A stretch of 64,000 bases of DNA from Octopus vulgaris (taxonomy: Eukaryota), in contig OX597819.1 of NCBI GenBank assembly GCA_951406725.2, positions 65,534,001 to 65,598,000 on the forward strand. The letters run 5' to 3'. The translations under genes were made by a program, and so were the position numbers. A model generated the notes under the pieces. It did no database searches. It was not told where the DNA came from and worked only from the letters and a program-made list of their open reading frames with translations. This document shows, piece by piece, positions 42,880-56,604 of this stretch. How positions within the stretch are numbered: the first letter of the stretch is position 1; each line of letters starts with the position of its first letter.

Positions 42880-43971
42880 GTGCCTTATGAAACTTATGAT
42901 AAATTGATATCCAAAGAGTTGCACGCTAAATACAAAATCGCCAAGAAATCGGCTCTTACCGACATTAATAATAGACACTACGACTTAATTTCTGAATTAG
43001 GAATCCTCGACCGCACGCAACCTTATGATCCTAAAACCTCGCACTGCACCCTAAAGGACCATAAAAAAGATTTTCTTGCCAAACCATCAGTACCACTAAT
43101 TTGCCCAACTAAATCTGACTTGGGTAGAATCAGCAAATCCATATTGGATAGAATCATTCCGGTGATAAGAGAAAGGACGATGTTGCCCTTATGGGAATCT
43201 ACCAATGATGTTTTATATTGGTTTCACACAATTAAATGTGATGACTCATCTTCACTTGTACAACTTGATATTTCGAATTACTACTCCTCGGTTGAAATAT
43301 CGAATCTAGATATTGATATTATTCAAGCTGAAAGAATGACTCTGATAAATTATGGAAAGCGCAACTGGTCTAAATCGGATTCTTTTAATTTATTCGACAT
43401 CACTATGGGATCTTCGGACTCGGCTCAAGTAACGGATATTGTTGGTCTATTTCTGTTAGACAAGATTAAGCGGTTTTACTCATCTCTATCCGGAGGGATT
43501 TATAGGGATGATGCATTGTTTATCGTGTCTAATCATTCATTCAAATCCACAGATTGAAAGAATGAAGAAGGACCTTAAAAAATTTCTCAAGGACTTTTAT
43601 AATTTGAGCATCGTTTTGAGAATAATCCTAAAATGGCAAATTTCTTGGATGTCACTCTCGATCTGAATACTAGCTTACACTACCCTTTCCGAAAATCAAA
43701 CCAAACTTTCCAATATATCAATGTTTCCTCAAATCATCCCAAATCAACCATCAATAGCATTGTAACTGCAATTTCTATCAGAATCTCAAATTTATCGGCG
43801 AATGAAAACATCTTTAATCAACATACCCCAATATACAACAATGCCTTAAAATTGAGTGGGTTCACAAATAACATTGAATACATACACAATACAAAATTAA
43901 AAATTAAATTGGCCAGCATGGTCAGCGACGATATGAAAAGGATTTCTGATAGCAGAGGCTCCCCTTCATGA
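42880..43971 (+). pseudogene. PLE reverse transcriptase (frameshifted, internal deletion)
   Basis: ORFs 42880-43557 and 43633-43971 carry consecutive RT and thumb motifs. Confidence 0.9.
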
Positions 43972-44835
43972 TCCCCAAGGAGCTCGCAACAAGCTGATAA
44001 TGACCAATATTTATGCTGATAAAATGAGATTTGAAAATAAGAGAAATAAATATGACGTGGTTTGTTTTGTAAATGGTAACCACGTTAATAAGGTTAATAA
44101 TGAGAATTGTAATGATGAAAATACCATGGATGATAACAACAACGGGCGAGAAGGGGTTGCAAATAATAGGAATCATAAACGTGAATTGAGGTTTAAAGTT
44201 GGGCTTAGGTCTAATGAAGGTGAAAATAGTAATAAGATTAATCTTAATAACCTTTATCTTGTAATTTTTCAATATAGTATATGCCTCCCTTATGCATAAA
44301 CCGCATCTAGTGGACCCAATTCCATAAGAGGGGGCATGTTTAAGGATAGCCCATGATATTTTAAATTCAACATTAATAACCTTAATCTTGAAGGTGAAGA
44401 TAGTAATAAAAATAAAAAATTATACATATTACTAATAGATACAGGAATGGCCTTGCATTTAGTACATCAACTCAAGTAGCATATTGTAATCCCATTATTA
44501 ATACTAAGTCTAGGATTCGTCAAGTTACCTGGTTTGCCCCTCCCTTTTCATTAAGGGTGAAAGGTTTACCAAAGCTATTTTTTAAGTTATTGAAGGAAAA
44601 TTTCCCAAAACACCATAAATACTATTCAATATGTAACAAGTCAACAATCAAGTTTGCCTGCTCAGTCACTCCCAATGTCGGATCTATTATTGCTTCGTTG
44701 AACAGAAGTAAAATAAGGCGTTATAATGATAGAAATGATGACAGAAGCTTTAATGGAAAATTCATTGACGACATAGAAGATAGTAGTAATATTAATAGTA
44801 CGTCTTCTGAAATTGATTAAGAAGGGCGTCTTGGA

Positions 44836-45588
44836 ATGATAAATAATGCAAATAGTAGAAATAATCATAATAATGATGTTGGTGATGATATTAGTGATTA
44901 TAATGATTATCAGGGTGGTAATAATAATGTTAATTGTAGTGATAATGGTAATAAAAATATTAGTAAAAATAAAAATAAAAATAGAAATAAGAATGATAGT
45001 AATAGTAAGTATAAAAATAGAATAAATATACCGGAAAATAGTACGAACGATGGTGTAAATGATATGGTGAATCGTAGTGCTGGGAGGGGACATGGTTTCG
45101 GAGTGATCAGTAATATGAGACCCCGTAGCAGGTTGAAGAAATGTAATTGTAGGGACCCATCAGTATGTCTGATTAGCGGAAATTGTCGTCAGGAAAATGT
45201 AGTTTATAAATGTAGTGTTGAGGCTCAAGGAGGCCAGAGAAAAATATATATTGGAAGCACAGTAGACTTTAAGCAGAGGTACCGATCCCACCTGAGCTCT
45301 TTCAACAATCCTAAATATAGGACCTCTACAACTTTGGTATTACATGTTAATGGCCTTAAGGAAAGGAATGTTGAATTTAAAATACCATGGGCTATCCTTG
45401 AACATGCCTCCTCTTATAGAATTGGGTCCACTAGATGCGGTTTATGCATAAGGGAGGCATATACTATATTGAAAAATTACAACAACGCAGAGTTAAATAA
45501 GTTCACTGATGCTATACCAGCGTGTACGCATAGGATCCACTCGACGTTCCATAAGAAATTTAGAAATAGAAATAGCAATAAAAGTTAG
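44836..45588 (+). pseudogene. PLE Asn-rich linker + Cys knuckle + GIY-YIG endonuclease
   Basis: CNCRDPSVCLISGNC..VVY..KIYIGST..FKQRYRSH..CGLCIRE..LN..ACTH. Confidence 0.9.
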
Positions 45589-45988
45589 AGCTAAGCAATA
45601 AGAATTGAATTAAATTTAGTAAGTATAGTAAGTAGTAAATGAAATAAAACTAAAGTCATGTAATTATTAAAAGAAAAAATATTAAAGGAAAAACATAGCT
45701 ATTAGTATAAAATGTGTCCAGGAATTGAACCCGAATATGTGGCTTTGCATGTATGTGGGAATTCAAAAGATTGAAATAAAATAAAATAAAATAAGTGCAA
45801 AAGTGAAATGGTCCAGATGGCGCTGTGTGCATACCATTTACAATGGCTGCTGGGTCGAATTATATGCGTATAAAGTAGCATTCAGGATCGGAGAAAAGTT
45901 TCTGGGAGTACCTAATGTCTAGGTTCTGAATGTGGCTGGTATGTGATTGTGTATTCCTTTACGTGTACTATGTGTTGTATGTATAGGA

Positions 45989-46073
45989 CATCCTGATGAG
46001 GGGAGTGCCAAATTTAAGTATATGATATGTTTAATAATATTATTTGGCGCGTCTTCGAAATGGCCCGTAGATG
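45989..46073 (+). ncRNA. Type I hammerhead in the PLE 3' pLTR, long stem II
   Basis: catc-CTGATGA-ggggagtgccaaat..atttggcgcgtcttc-GAAA-tggcccg-TA-gatg. Confidence 0.85.
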
Positions 46074-46620
46074 GACTTCTGTGTATCTTTGTAAACTTAT
46101 ATTTTCGTAAACTTGTATAATTATTATCTTATTTGTACATTTCGCTAGAATTTTAAGTCGTCTTTTAATATGCTTTGTATTGTTTGTTTTTGTTTTTGTT
46201 TGTTTTTTCCAGTTTCAGCTCTTGAGCTCTTGAGCTGTGGCCATGCTGGGGGCACCGCCATTGTATGCTTTATTTTTATTTATTATTATTATATTTATTT
46301 CTCTTATTGTAACAAATTTATACTAAATGTTTTAAGCGTAAATTCAAGGTGTTATATGCAAAATTTATATTTTTATATGATATATTTATATATTACTAAA
46401 TTTTAAAATATTTAAATGTCGGGCTTTATAGATATGAATGAGTATATGAAGATTTGTATGTGTTTGGTCATTCTGTGGATTTTCTGATGTTCCTGTGGTT
46501 GTTGCTCGCATTGCCACCCCACAGATAAAAAAGTGTATACAGCTCATTAGAGCACTTCTATTTCCAGTCCGTTGTATATCTTGAGCGTTGTTGTCACTCA
46601 AGATATAAATTTATATTTTG

Positions 46621-46703
<83 letters not shown>

Positions 46704-47382
46704 GGCACAAACCTATCGTGTGTATGTGTGTGCGGGTGTGCTGTGTATGTTGTATACGTATACATTAATATGTAAATAAAAGCTTGGTAACGTGTATCAT
46801 GCTTTGTACTGGCTACTTATGGTGACTATGTTATGGCGAGAAAACCTTGATATCTTCTCGACCCAGCGGAAAATCTATGTTTGTGATAGCATTCAACATA
46901 TTCTCCTTGACATAGGTTCACTCACCCAGACACCTAACCCTAATCATAGCGCGACCAAATTTAAACTCAATGTAGTTTCAGACCTCTGATTGGATTCCCT
47001 CTCGTATCTTTAACTAGTGCAGATATCAACCTGTATCTTCTCTCAGGAGGATATTGCTGGACACAATTAATTTACTTGAATGGTTAATGTCTCTGTATAC
47101 TATTCCAATTTTTAACAAGACCAATTAATCACTTGTAGGGAATCAATGTTTGATCACACTAATTGTCGTATCATCAATTTATTCCAAAGACGGCTGAGAC
47201 CAAAGTGAATGATTTTCACAGTTAGAAACATTAACCTTAAGAGCAGTTTAAGTATGCTTGAGAGATATCTGAATCTATAAAGGACTATCGATGCAGTTTG
47301 CTGCTTAGGAAAAATAAATTCTCGCAAACGATAAAAAGTTGTAAGAGCATGAAAGTCAGCTAAGAGCTACACTTATAGACTA

Positions 47383-47422
47383 CCAGTTACATTTCGAGCT
47401 CTTTAGTTCTCTTCAGAACCAG
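47383..47422 (-). ncRNA. Minimal hammerhead-like motif (slightly decayed)
   Basis: ctggtt-CTGAAGA-gaact(aaag)agctc-GAAA-tg-TA-actgg; stem I register off by one. Confidence 0.55.
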
Positions 47423-47589
47423 ATACCAAAACAGGCAACTCTCACTTTAGAGGAAAGCTTGGCTTCCTGTTTCAAAATTCAGTAAATATTTTTTACTGCT
47501 TACCCAACTCTGTGGGTAGCTGCGTAAAGCAATAGCAGAAAATAAACAACCTGAGGCAAGTTCAAATACTTTTGCGGCATATTTGGAAG

Positions 47590-47790
47590 TGTAAAAGCTT
47601 TTCACTGCAGTTTGGTAAAACTCACTAATACAGATTTTTTCCCAGTGCTGTAGGACAGGGATTCAACATTGATGTTATATATCTTTATTTCAATAAAGAT
47701 TTCAACAAAATAGAATCAGATGCTGAAGAAATTATCCAATGTCTGTATATTTTGCATGCTGGTGCCGGAAATTAAATGTTTCCTGGTTAA
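47590..47790 (+). pseudogene. CR1/L2-type LINE RT fragment
   Basis: GFNIDVIYLYFNKDFNKIE..MLKKLSNV..IKCFLVNGAQ matches DVIYLDFSKAFDKV..LLKKL..WIKxFL. Confidence 0.75.
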
Positions 47791-48407
47791 CGGGGCCCAA
47801 CATTTTATGTTGTCGGATTGACCTCGAGACGAATAAATTCGCTAATCACTAGCAGTATGCACAAAAGTGTAGTGTTCTTTCTGCCTCGCTTATTATTTAC
47901 ATAATGCAAACGTCTCAACCAGGTAGAATCGTTATTACACCGAATAAAATGCTTAGTATCATTTTGTTTGTTTTTACAGTCGGAGTTCAAATTCTGCAGA
48001 CCTCGACTATGCTTTTCATCCTTTTAAGTTCAATTAAATAGGAACCTGCTCAACACTAGAATCGAGGCAATCTACGTACACCACGCTGCAAATTTTAGGC
48101 CTTCTGCCTGTTTTAGAAATTATTATAGACTTCTTTACATAATGTCATTGCAAATGTCATCACAGTAACATTTAAAACTTTACAGTTGACACTAAGCTGC
48201 AGAAACGCATCAGTGGACTAAGTGACCGGATAATGTACATATTATTCAATTTGTTATAGGCTGATCACAGCTGGAAGCAGTAATCTATTTTATGCACTAT
48301 GGTTTAACGTGAAAGAAGTAATACGTCGCTGAAAAAGGAGAAATTTCTGTTCACCGGAGAGAGACAGATATAGATATGCATACACACACACACACACACA
48401 CACACAT

Positions 48408-48440
<33 letters not shown>

Positions 48441-48729
48441 CTCGCATTGGAAAATACATACATACATTCATACATACATACATTTGTGTGTGTGTGTGTA
48501 CTTTATTCATAGGGCTGCAAAGATATCGTAAAAACTCTTACTCAGAAAAAATATAACGTGTCTTAAATGGCACAACAATGCAGAGTGGACTATAACTGTT
48601 ATAATTTAATTATCCATAGCCTGATATGATATTATTTCGGAATATAAAAAATTTCTTCTTCAGATATCGCTAGGTATTAATCGAGTCACTGCTATAATCG
48701 GTTTTACAACGGTTACTGAAATTTGCTCA

Positions 48730-48924
48730 GTTATTCAGAGTTTCGCGTTCCCATTCGTCGAACAGTTTTGGTGGACAAAACTGTCCGTCGAACAGGAACA
48801 TGAAACTCTAACCAAGAGTTTTTGTGATGTCTTTGTAGCTTTATTAATAGAGCATAATACTCTACCTCCGGTATTCGAGTACTATATTTTCTACCCTGTT
48901 TCAGATTTATGTGCTTACTCAGGT
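48730..48924. mobile_element. Older relative of the 35008 fold-back element with two inverted decayed hammerheads
   Basis: 48855-48923 is the reverse complement of 35008-35078; decayed cores on both strands around CAGTTTTG..CAAAACTG. Confidence 0.65.
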
Positions 48925-48933
48925 ATATATACA

Positions 48934-48993
<60 letters not shown>

Positions 48994-49252
48994 AAAGATT
49001 CGTAGTCAACATAATTTCACGGTCCTGAATAGGACGAATATTACTGTTATTTAGGCCCAGGAAAAATCGTCTCCAGTTGGCTATCGGCGTACTATCTGCA
49101 TCCTTATATTTTCGAACAAGGGAGTTTAGTGTCTCCACTCACCTCCAAAGCAATACTTGTGCGCCAGTTGCTTTTGGGTTATTCCTCTTCATCAGTACAG
49201 AATAAGTGCTAGACTAGAGATGGTGACACTAAAGTCTTGTATGAAATATATA

Positions 49253-49710
49253 CCGTAAATCCTCGAGTATAATCCGCACTGTTTTCGCAAAATTTAAAGG
49301 TCAAAATCCCTACTGAGTACTATATACGAGGTTAAAAATGAAAATTATTTTCTAAGCAACGTCCGAGTCTCTATTTGCTGTCCGGCAATGTTTATTCCGA
49401 CGCATTTTCTGATGTCGGGTGCGAAAATACATTAAGCTAAGCCTAAAAGCAATGAAGTCATAAAAGAATCATCCATAACTTGCAGTAAGCAACATTTATT
49501 AAACGTTATTACTGTTTTTTCTTTATTTTCTGCAAACAAAATGCCCTGAAAAACTACACGTTTGCATTACGTTATATATATACAATAATAATAAAGGACG
49601 TTACCGTATACATTTTTACAAACAAAGGACGTTATATAGACCTCCTTAACTTAAGTTAGAGAAGGGGTGCGTATTATACACAAGGTTTAGGTTTTTCAGA
49701 GGTACAGCCC
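49253..49710. mobile_element. pogo-like MITE fragment
   Basis: TA-CCGTAAATCCTCGAGTATAATCCGCA terminus and internal GTAYTATAYACRAGG repeats; other end not found. Confidence 0.55.
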
Positions 49711-51679
49711 CCCCCCCCTAAAGAAAATCTAAGCTAAGAACACTAGATTCATTGGAAGAAAGCAACGAATGTATACGAAAACATGGACGGGCTTCTTTCA
49801 GTTTCCGTCTACTAAATTCACTCACAAAGATTTAGTCGGCCCGAGGCTATAGTAGAAGACACTGCAGTGGGTCTAAACCCAGAACCATGTGGTTGGAAAG
49901 CAAGCTTTTACCACACAGCCACTCCGGCGCCTATGTATATGTGTGTGTGTGTGTGTGTGTTTGCTTGTTTATATGCACTATGGGGGTGCTAGGTGTTCAT
50001 AAACAATTCTCTCTCGCTCCATCTTTGTCTTTCATACGTTTCCATCACTTAAATCTAAAAATTCTAATGTTCTAACACCGAAATCCATTCCGGTGAATCA
50101 ATAATTATCCGTTTCATAATCCCTACACATATACAGTACACTCGCACGCTCGCGCATACACACGCACACACACACATACATATGTATATGTGAGTGGGTA
50201 TGTGTGTGTTGGTATGCATGTATATATAATGAACGCAGCGTAGTTAGCATCTCGTGTCTTTTTTTTCTTAGGAACCAGTCTTGAATTTTTCTTATCAATA
50301 TTAAGTTGTTAAAGCCATTACGCCTATGGCTTAATCTATTAAATATTCATGAATATCTTGCATTTTATTAAAGATTTGAAATGAAAAACAAAAAAGAAAA
50401 ACAAGAAAGGCAGTAAAAAATAGATTTTGTCTTCACCATACTTTCCCATTTTGGGTCGTGACCAACACATAAACTTGTTAAACGCTGCTCCATTCCAAAA
50501 ATATTGTCGAAAGAAACACACACACGAACTATACGCGCGTGCCCAAACGCTTTTCTTCATATCTATAGTAGCCTGCTCAATACACAAGTGCATAATGAAG
50601 AAGAAGAAATACAATAGACCCTAATTAAACATGATATGAGTTGTGAAACCAGTAACCATAAGTGAGTTCATTGCCGTGTGGTTAAAAATTCGAAGGCACC
50701 ACTCAGAATATTAGTCATCATTAGCAATGCCAGGCATTGCCTTGCAGCCGATCAGATCTACTACAGGATGGTCTAAAATACGGTCTGCTATAAATCGGTT
50801 TTAGCCGAAGTGTTGATGCAAGAACGGAAACAATAGATCACCGGGTATCATGGACTGAACCATTAACGCAAACTGAAAAACGCATGACTCTCCTCCACAC
50901 ATACGCACACAAACACACACACATGCATATATATACATACATACATACATACATACATACATACATACATACATACATACATACATACATAAACAAACAC
51001 ACACACACGTGTTTGTGTGTGAGCATGTGTGAAGAGTGTTCGGGAGTGAACGATGAGCTTCCCCAGCGATTCCTTCTTCCAAAATTAACTCAAAAGACGT
51101 TGTTTGTTATGATGCTGCAGTTTTGAAGAAAATTAACTTATGGCTGCATCGAAGCAGTAGCAACTTATGAAAATTCTTCACGGCTTTCGTGGCATTGTGC
51201 TGTGGAAAATGTCTAGAAATTCTCTAGCTTTGGTACTATTATTGCAGAAGCACTCAATTGTTTAAACGAAAGAGTAAATGTACATACATACATACATTGT
51301 AATTATTGTGGCACTGGGATATGTAACACACTGCCAAAATAATAATTTTGAGAAATTAGGCTTCTCAAAACTAGAAAGGAGAAAGCTGATTCGAAGCCAT
51401 CACTGGGACTGTAAAATTCTGTAAAACTTTCCAGAAGTTTATCATTTAAATATATATAAGCATGTCTAGGTGTACAAGAATATGCATGAGAAGTCATACA
51501 TAAAACAAAACATACAAATATGCACGTATACATACATACATACATACATACATACATACATACATACATACATACATACATACATACATACATACATACA
51601 TACTGTTGTTGAGGTTGAAATTCCAATCAAAGTGCCCTGGATCTAGGTTAGAAACCAACTTATTCTCTATTGGCAAAGA

Positions 51680-52140
51680 ATTATGAAATGAAACTGAATA
51701 ATGACATACACAGTAGCTGCTTCGTCGTAAACGAGCAAAGCCATTGCCAGAGAGAATAATTGAAATGAGTCATTGATGACGCAATGTGAGGCTCTTGTAT
51801 GACTCTTGAGCCTGGCCAAATATCTGCACGTTCTACTGCATAATTTTCTCGTAACCACTGTGCACATTCTTCCTCCATCCAACTCAGTTTTGCGCCATCC
51901 TCTCCCAATCAACAAGTAAAACTCCTGTCTGAGCCAGAGCAATTCTGGGGTAGTCCTTGAACCTCATTTGGGGTTTATGTACTGGTCTTCTACCATCTTC
52001 CAGTTCACTGTTCTTTGTTCTACTTTGGCGCATATTGCTAGTGGAGCGGTCATGCTTACACTGTAAAGCCAGAAAGAAAAATGACGCCATCAAGCTCAAA
52101 CTCCGGTCACATTACCACAATGGTACCAACTATAAGCACG
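51680..52140 (-). pseudogene. RTE-clade LINE 3' fragment
   Basis: ELEDGRRPVHKPQMRFKD..DWERMAQN matches the RTE C-terminal region. Confidence 0.75.
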
Positions 52141-52328
52141 AATACGCAGAAGGCAGTGTGATAAGAATAAAGATATGTTATTGCGAAAGTGAGGATAATT
52201 TTTGACTTCCCCTCGCATGTATATATATATGTATATAGGGAGAGAATTCACAAAAAAACAAAAAACGAAGGCAGGTGGCGTAGACAACAAACAGATGTAT
52301 TAGTTTCACACTCGGGAAGTGAAAAAGT

Positions 52329-52364
52329 CTTTAACGTTTCGAGCCTACGCTCTTCCAAGGAAAG
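52329..52364 (-). ncRNA. Variant minimal hammerhead-like motif in short repeat 52237-52425
   Basis: cttt-ccttggaa-GAGC(gtag)GCTC-GAAA-cg-TT-aaag; core decayed. Confidence 0.45.
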
Positions 52365-53343
52365 GAACACAGAAAGAAGCAAGGAGAGAAAATAAAAAAT
52401 GTGTAGTGGCTATTTTCTATGGCCGATACATATTTATATTTTTTGTAGATTCTAATTACTTTTCTGGGAAAATAAGCATTTTCCTGTCTAGAAATCAATA
52501 AATTAATAAAGATGCAGTACTGCACTGTATAACACATTAATAAAAATATTTTAAAAGAAAATACGTAGTGTACCGTAGATGAATAAACAAAGAATCACAG
52601 ATACTGTATGGAAAAGGAAACTTGGGAGGCGAGTGTGTGATATTGTTTTGCATTTATAATAAAATATATACAAATTATGAAAATGATAGAAAAATATAAA
52701 CAGTACAGTAGTGTTTCTACTTCGCAGATATTCACCTATCGCGAGAAGTTTTGGAACGTAACACCCGCGATATTCGGAGGATTATAGTTCTAGTGGACTT
52801 CTTTTAGGCATAGAGTAGTTTCGAACCTGAAGCGATAAATTTCTTATAACATTTCAACAGCACTCTACTCACAGAGAAACAGTGGTGACAGCAGTTATAT
52901 TTACTATACGTCTTTGCTACTTGACCGTGGCTAACCTTTTGTAGACAAATTGACAGAACAATAAACGTGCCAAAATACTCATTGTTTGGATAACGGTTTG
53001 TCTCTCTTTCTCGCTATCTTGCGATAGTTATATATGCAGAAGATTCTCAAGAAAAAAATAATTAGTGAACAGAGACCAACTTGTGACAAACGACCAGAAG
53101 AAGAAAGAAAGCTTTCATCAGCGACTATGAGACACAACTTTCCTCGACTCTCTAACTTACACTGGTTCGCCTTCTCTTCTCTGCAACATCACTCTGTCTC
53201 TGATTTCTTACTACTACAATGAGAACGTACATACTTGTACACGAAGAAAGTAACTCTTTGCTTCGCATGCTTTTCCACTTATATTATCCACGTGCCTATC
53301 GAGGCATGACATTATATTAAGCAATGGTAAATAAATAAATCTC

Positions 53344-54122
53344 GGATCTTTTCCTTTTGAACGGCACATGTCAACACAATTTCTACTTAACTAAACACTT
53401 TTAAACTTCGTATACTGGTAGAATGTGTTCATAAAACATCATTTTTTCTTGGATTTATTGAGAAAATTCTATATGTTTTAACATATTTCCACTTTAATTT
53501 CAAGCATTTCGGCAATTTTAACCAATCGCTGACCTCCATTTGGGGTGAAAAGATTTCATGCTGTATGAATATGTCCCTCGTTTAAGAAATAGATTGGGTT
53601 TATTTACATTTGAGAAGAAAAAAAGATACCCTAACCCTAAATCTAAAATAGATTGAAATGCAATAGATCGATACTAGGGTTATAATTATGGGTGACAATT
53701 TCATACGACACCGCTACGGAAAATGGGATTTTATCCTAGCGGTGTCAAATGAAATTGTCACCCATAATTATAACCCTAGTATCGATCTATTGCATTTCAA
53801 TCTATTTTAGATTTAGGATTATGGATGGGGGGAAGGGTATCTTTTTTCTTCGCAAATGTAAATAAACCCAATCTGTTTCTTAAACAAGGGACATATTCAT
53901 ACAGCACGGAATGTTTTCACCCCAAAAGGAGGTCGGCGATTGGTTAAAATTGTCGAAATGCTCGAAATTTCAGACGAAATATCTTACAAACTATAAAATT
54001 TTCTCAATAAAGCCAAGAAAAAAATGATGTTTTATAAACACATTCTACTAGTATACGAAGTTTAAAAGTGTTTAGTTAAGTAGAAATTGTGTTGACATGT
54101 GCCGTTCAAAAGGAAAAGATCC
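53344..54122. mobile_element. Fold-back MITE with ~375-bp inverted arms and 8-bp TSD
   Basis: GGATCTTTTCCTTTTGAACGGC.. / ..GCCGTTCAAAAGGAAAAGATCC; 20-bp spacer 53717-53736; TAAATCTC at 53336-53343 and 54123-54130. Confidence 0.95.
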
Positions 54123-54914
54123 TAAATCTCAAGTCAACATCAACTTTGATCACCGTTTTTCTTTCATCTTGCACATCTGCAACATCAACATCCGTTACAA
54201 TCGCTAACTACCAACTCCAACAATTATCATCACAAATACCTTTACACTGGTGATCACTGACTACACCTTAAACCATACCGTTACACTGTATATGCACATA
54301 CTTATATATATTCACGTATATAAATACATATATATTTGAAAATACAAAAACAAAATGCTCTCTGAACATTATTTTGTCATGGAAGGATTGAAGAGTTTAA
54401 AGATTTATCTATTTATATAGATAATCTACCTGTTTCAATCGCTTTCAAATGCCTCTTTCATTATATTGACCTGAACGGAATATAAACGGATATGAATTAA
54501 ATCTAATTAAACTAGAAGTTCACCTGTTTTTCTTTAAAGAATCGCATGGTCTTGTTTGTCTATTTTCTAATATTTTAATACGCCTGGTATGCAGTTTCGT
54601 GACTTAAACCAGTAACAAGGCAGAAGTGAAAAAAATGCAGCTGCCATTCTCACCAACAACCGCTAGGATGAAATTCGTCCGATACAGTATATCTTGTGCA
54701 TTTAAGCCTAGCACGTCAATAAAACATGGTGTCTCTCGGTGAAGACGGCAGTAAACTACATTGCACAACTTTATTTGCAATAAAAGCGATACATGAATGT
54801 GTATGTATTTGTAAGTATGTAGATATGTATGTATGTACTTATGTTTGAATGTATGTATGTAAGCATGTATATGTGTATGCGTACATATATATACACATTT
54901 ATTATTTATTTATG

Positions 54915-55137
54915 CGCCCTTTTCTAGCCTAGCCAGGCTCATGGACCCGGTTTCCCGGTTTCTGTGGCGTATGTGTTCCCCACATAGCTGGACGGGACGC
55001 CAATCCATCGCAGCGTTATTCAAGAAACAGAAAGTTGGGTCGAAAGAGTACAACAGGGGTCGCCACCAGCCTTGCCGAAGCCTCGTGGAGCTTTAGGTGT
55101 CTTCGCTCAATAAACACACACAACGCCCGGTCTGGGA

Positions 55138-55205
<68 letters not shown>

Positions 55206-55247
55206 GACCGTGGGTCCGCTGCCCTAACCACTGGGCCATTGCGCCTC

Positions 55248-55250
<3 letters not shown>
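54915..55250 (-). mobile_element. SINE family C with (TAGA)n insertion in its head
   Basis: Reverse complement of the 28772 head, interrupted at 55138-55205. Confidence 0.8.
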
Positions 55251-55305
<55 letters not shown>

Positions 55306-55367
55306 TGAATGTATACACACTACACACACACATACGTGCATATATATGTGTGTAACTATATACAAAT

Positions 55368-55446
<79 letters not shown>

Positions 55447-56342
55447 TGTAGGTAATAAGGCAGGCAGGTACTTTAGTTGGTAGGTAGCTATGTATGTAGG
55501 AAGGGGAAGAGACGGAGGGAGGGAGGTAGACAGTACGAAAAGGATTAACAAAGACAAAAATATACTGGTAGATATCAGGATTGATTGATATTCTATTTGA
55601 TTAATTGATCGATTTATATAAAAGCACATACAAATATTGGGACTAACATTATTATTATTTGATTGCGAGTGTGTATAAATAAATGTGTCCGTATGTGTGT
55701 GTATATGCCTGTGTGAGTGTATTATTGTGTTTGTACATTATATAAACTGCAAATACATACATACGTGGTACGGAACTTAGATATTCCTCGGTCAATATAT
55801 AAGTACGAAGAAAAGTAAAATGCTATGTTGACAGGTACGTGCATGAAAGGATAACAATTTATACATATGTATGTATGTATATGTATGTATGTATGTATGT
55901 GTGTATGTGTATGTGTATGTATGTGTATGTATATGTATGTATATGTATATATATGTATATGTATATATATGTATATATGTATTTATATATATAAAGGTGT
56001 CTGTGTATATATAAGGACTTAGACTTATTGTCAAAGGTGCGAAACTGAATGTTACCATTTGATCGATAACTGATGAAGAATTACGTACCTTCTTTTTTGT
56101 TTCCCGTTCGTTTTTATATTCAGTATACGTTACGTAGTATGTTTTTACATGTTTTCATTCATCAAGTAATGGGACGCAACGCACACCGAATTTGTATTAA
56201 TAAGAAAGTTTATATATATATATATATATATATATAGATAGATAGATAGATAGTGAGAATTTACAAAAAAAAGCAAAAGACGAAGACGGGTGTGTGAACA
56301 ACAGACAGATGTATTAGTTTCTCGCTCGGGAAGTGAGAAAGT

Positions 56343-56378
56343 CTTTAACGTTTCGCGCCTAGGCGCTTCGACAGAAAG
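56343..56378 (-). ncRNA. Variant minimal hammerhead-like motif in short repeat 56252-56440
   Basis: cttt-CTGTCGAA-GCGC(ctag)GCGC-GAAA-cg-TT-aaag; same family as 52329. Confidence 0.55.
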
Positions 56379-56468
56379 GAACACAGAAATAAACAAGGTG
56401 AGAAAATGAAAAAATGTTCTGTGGTTAGCGATCTATCATTGTGCGTATATACACACACACACACACAT

Positions 56469-56527
<59 letters not shown>

Positions 56528-56604
56528 TCGAGGGGTGCACCCTCATCAACTGACCTATGAAAGGTATCAAAGCATGCTCGATGGCCTAAGAAGTCGGCAA
56601 TAAA

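Larger units (their letters stand above)
42826..46170 (+). mobile_element. 5'-truncated Penelope-like retroelement, Naiad-like
   Basis: RT motifs DKTGN, TLKDHK, LICPTKSDLGRISK, FDITMGSSDSAQV, GIYRDDA, FLDVTLDL, SNHP; WFAPPFS; C-terminal GIY-YIG; 3' hammerhead. Clade assignment is from recalled motifs. Confidence 0.9.

Noticed and set aside
42880-45588. Selenocysteine recoding, reported for some Naiad PLEs
   Set aside because: No in-frame TGA at conserved Cys positions; the TGA at 43555 is explained by a frameshift; no SECIS recognised.
56038-56082. GAAA...CTGATGA type II hammerhead candidate
   Set aside because: No convincing stem I or II in this copy.
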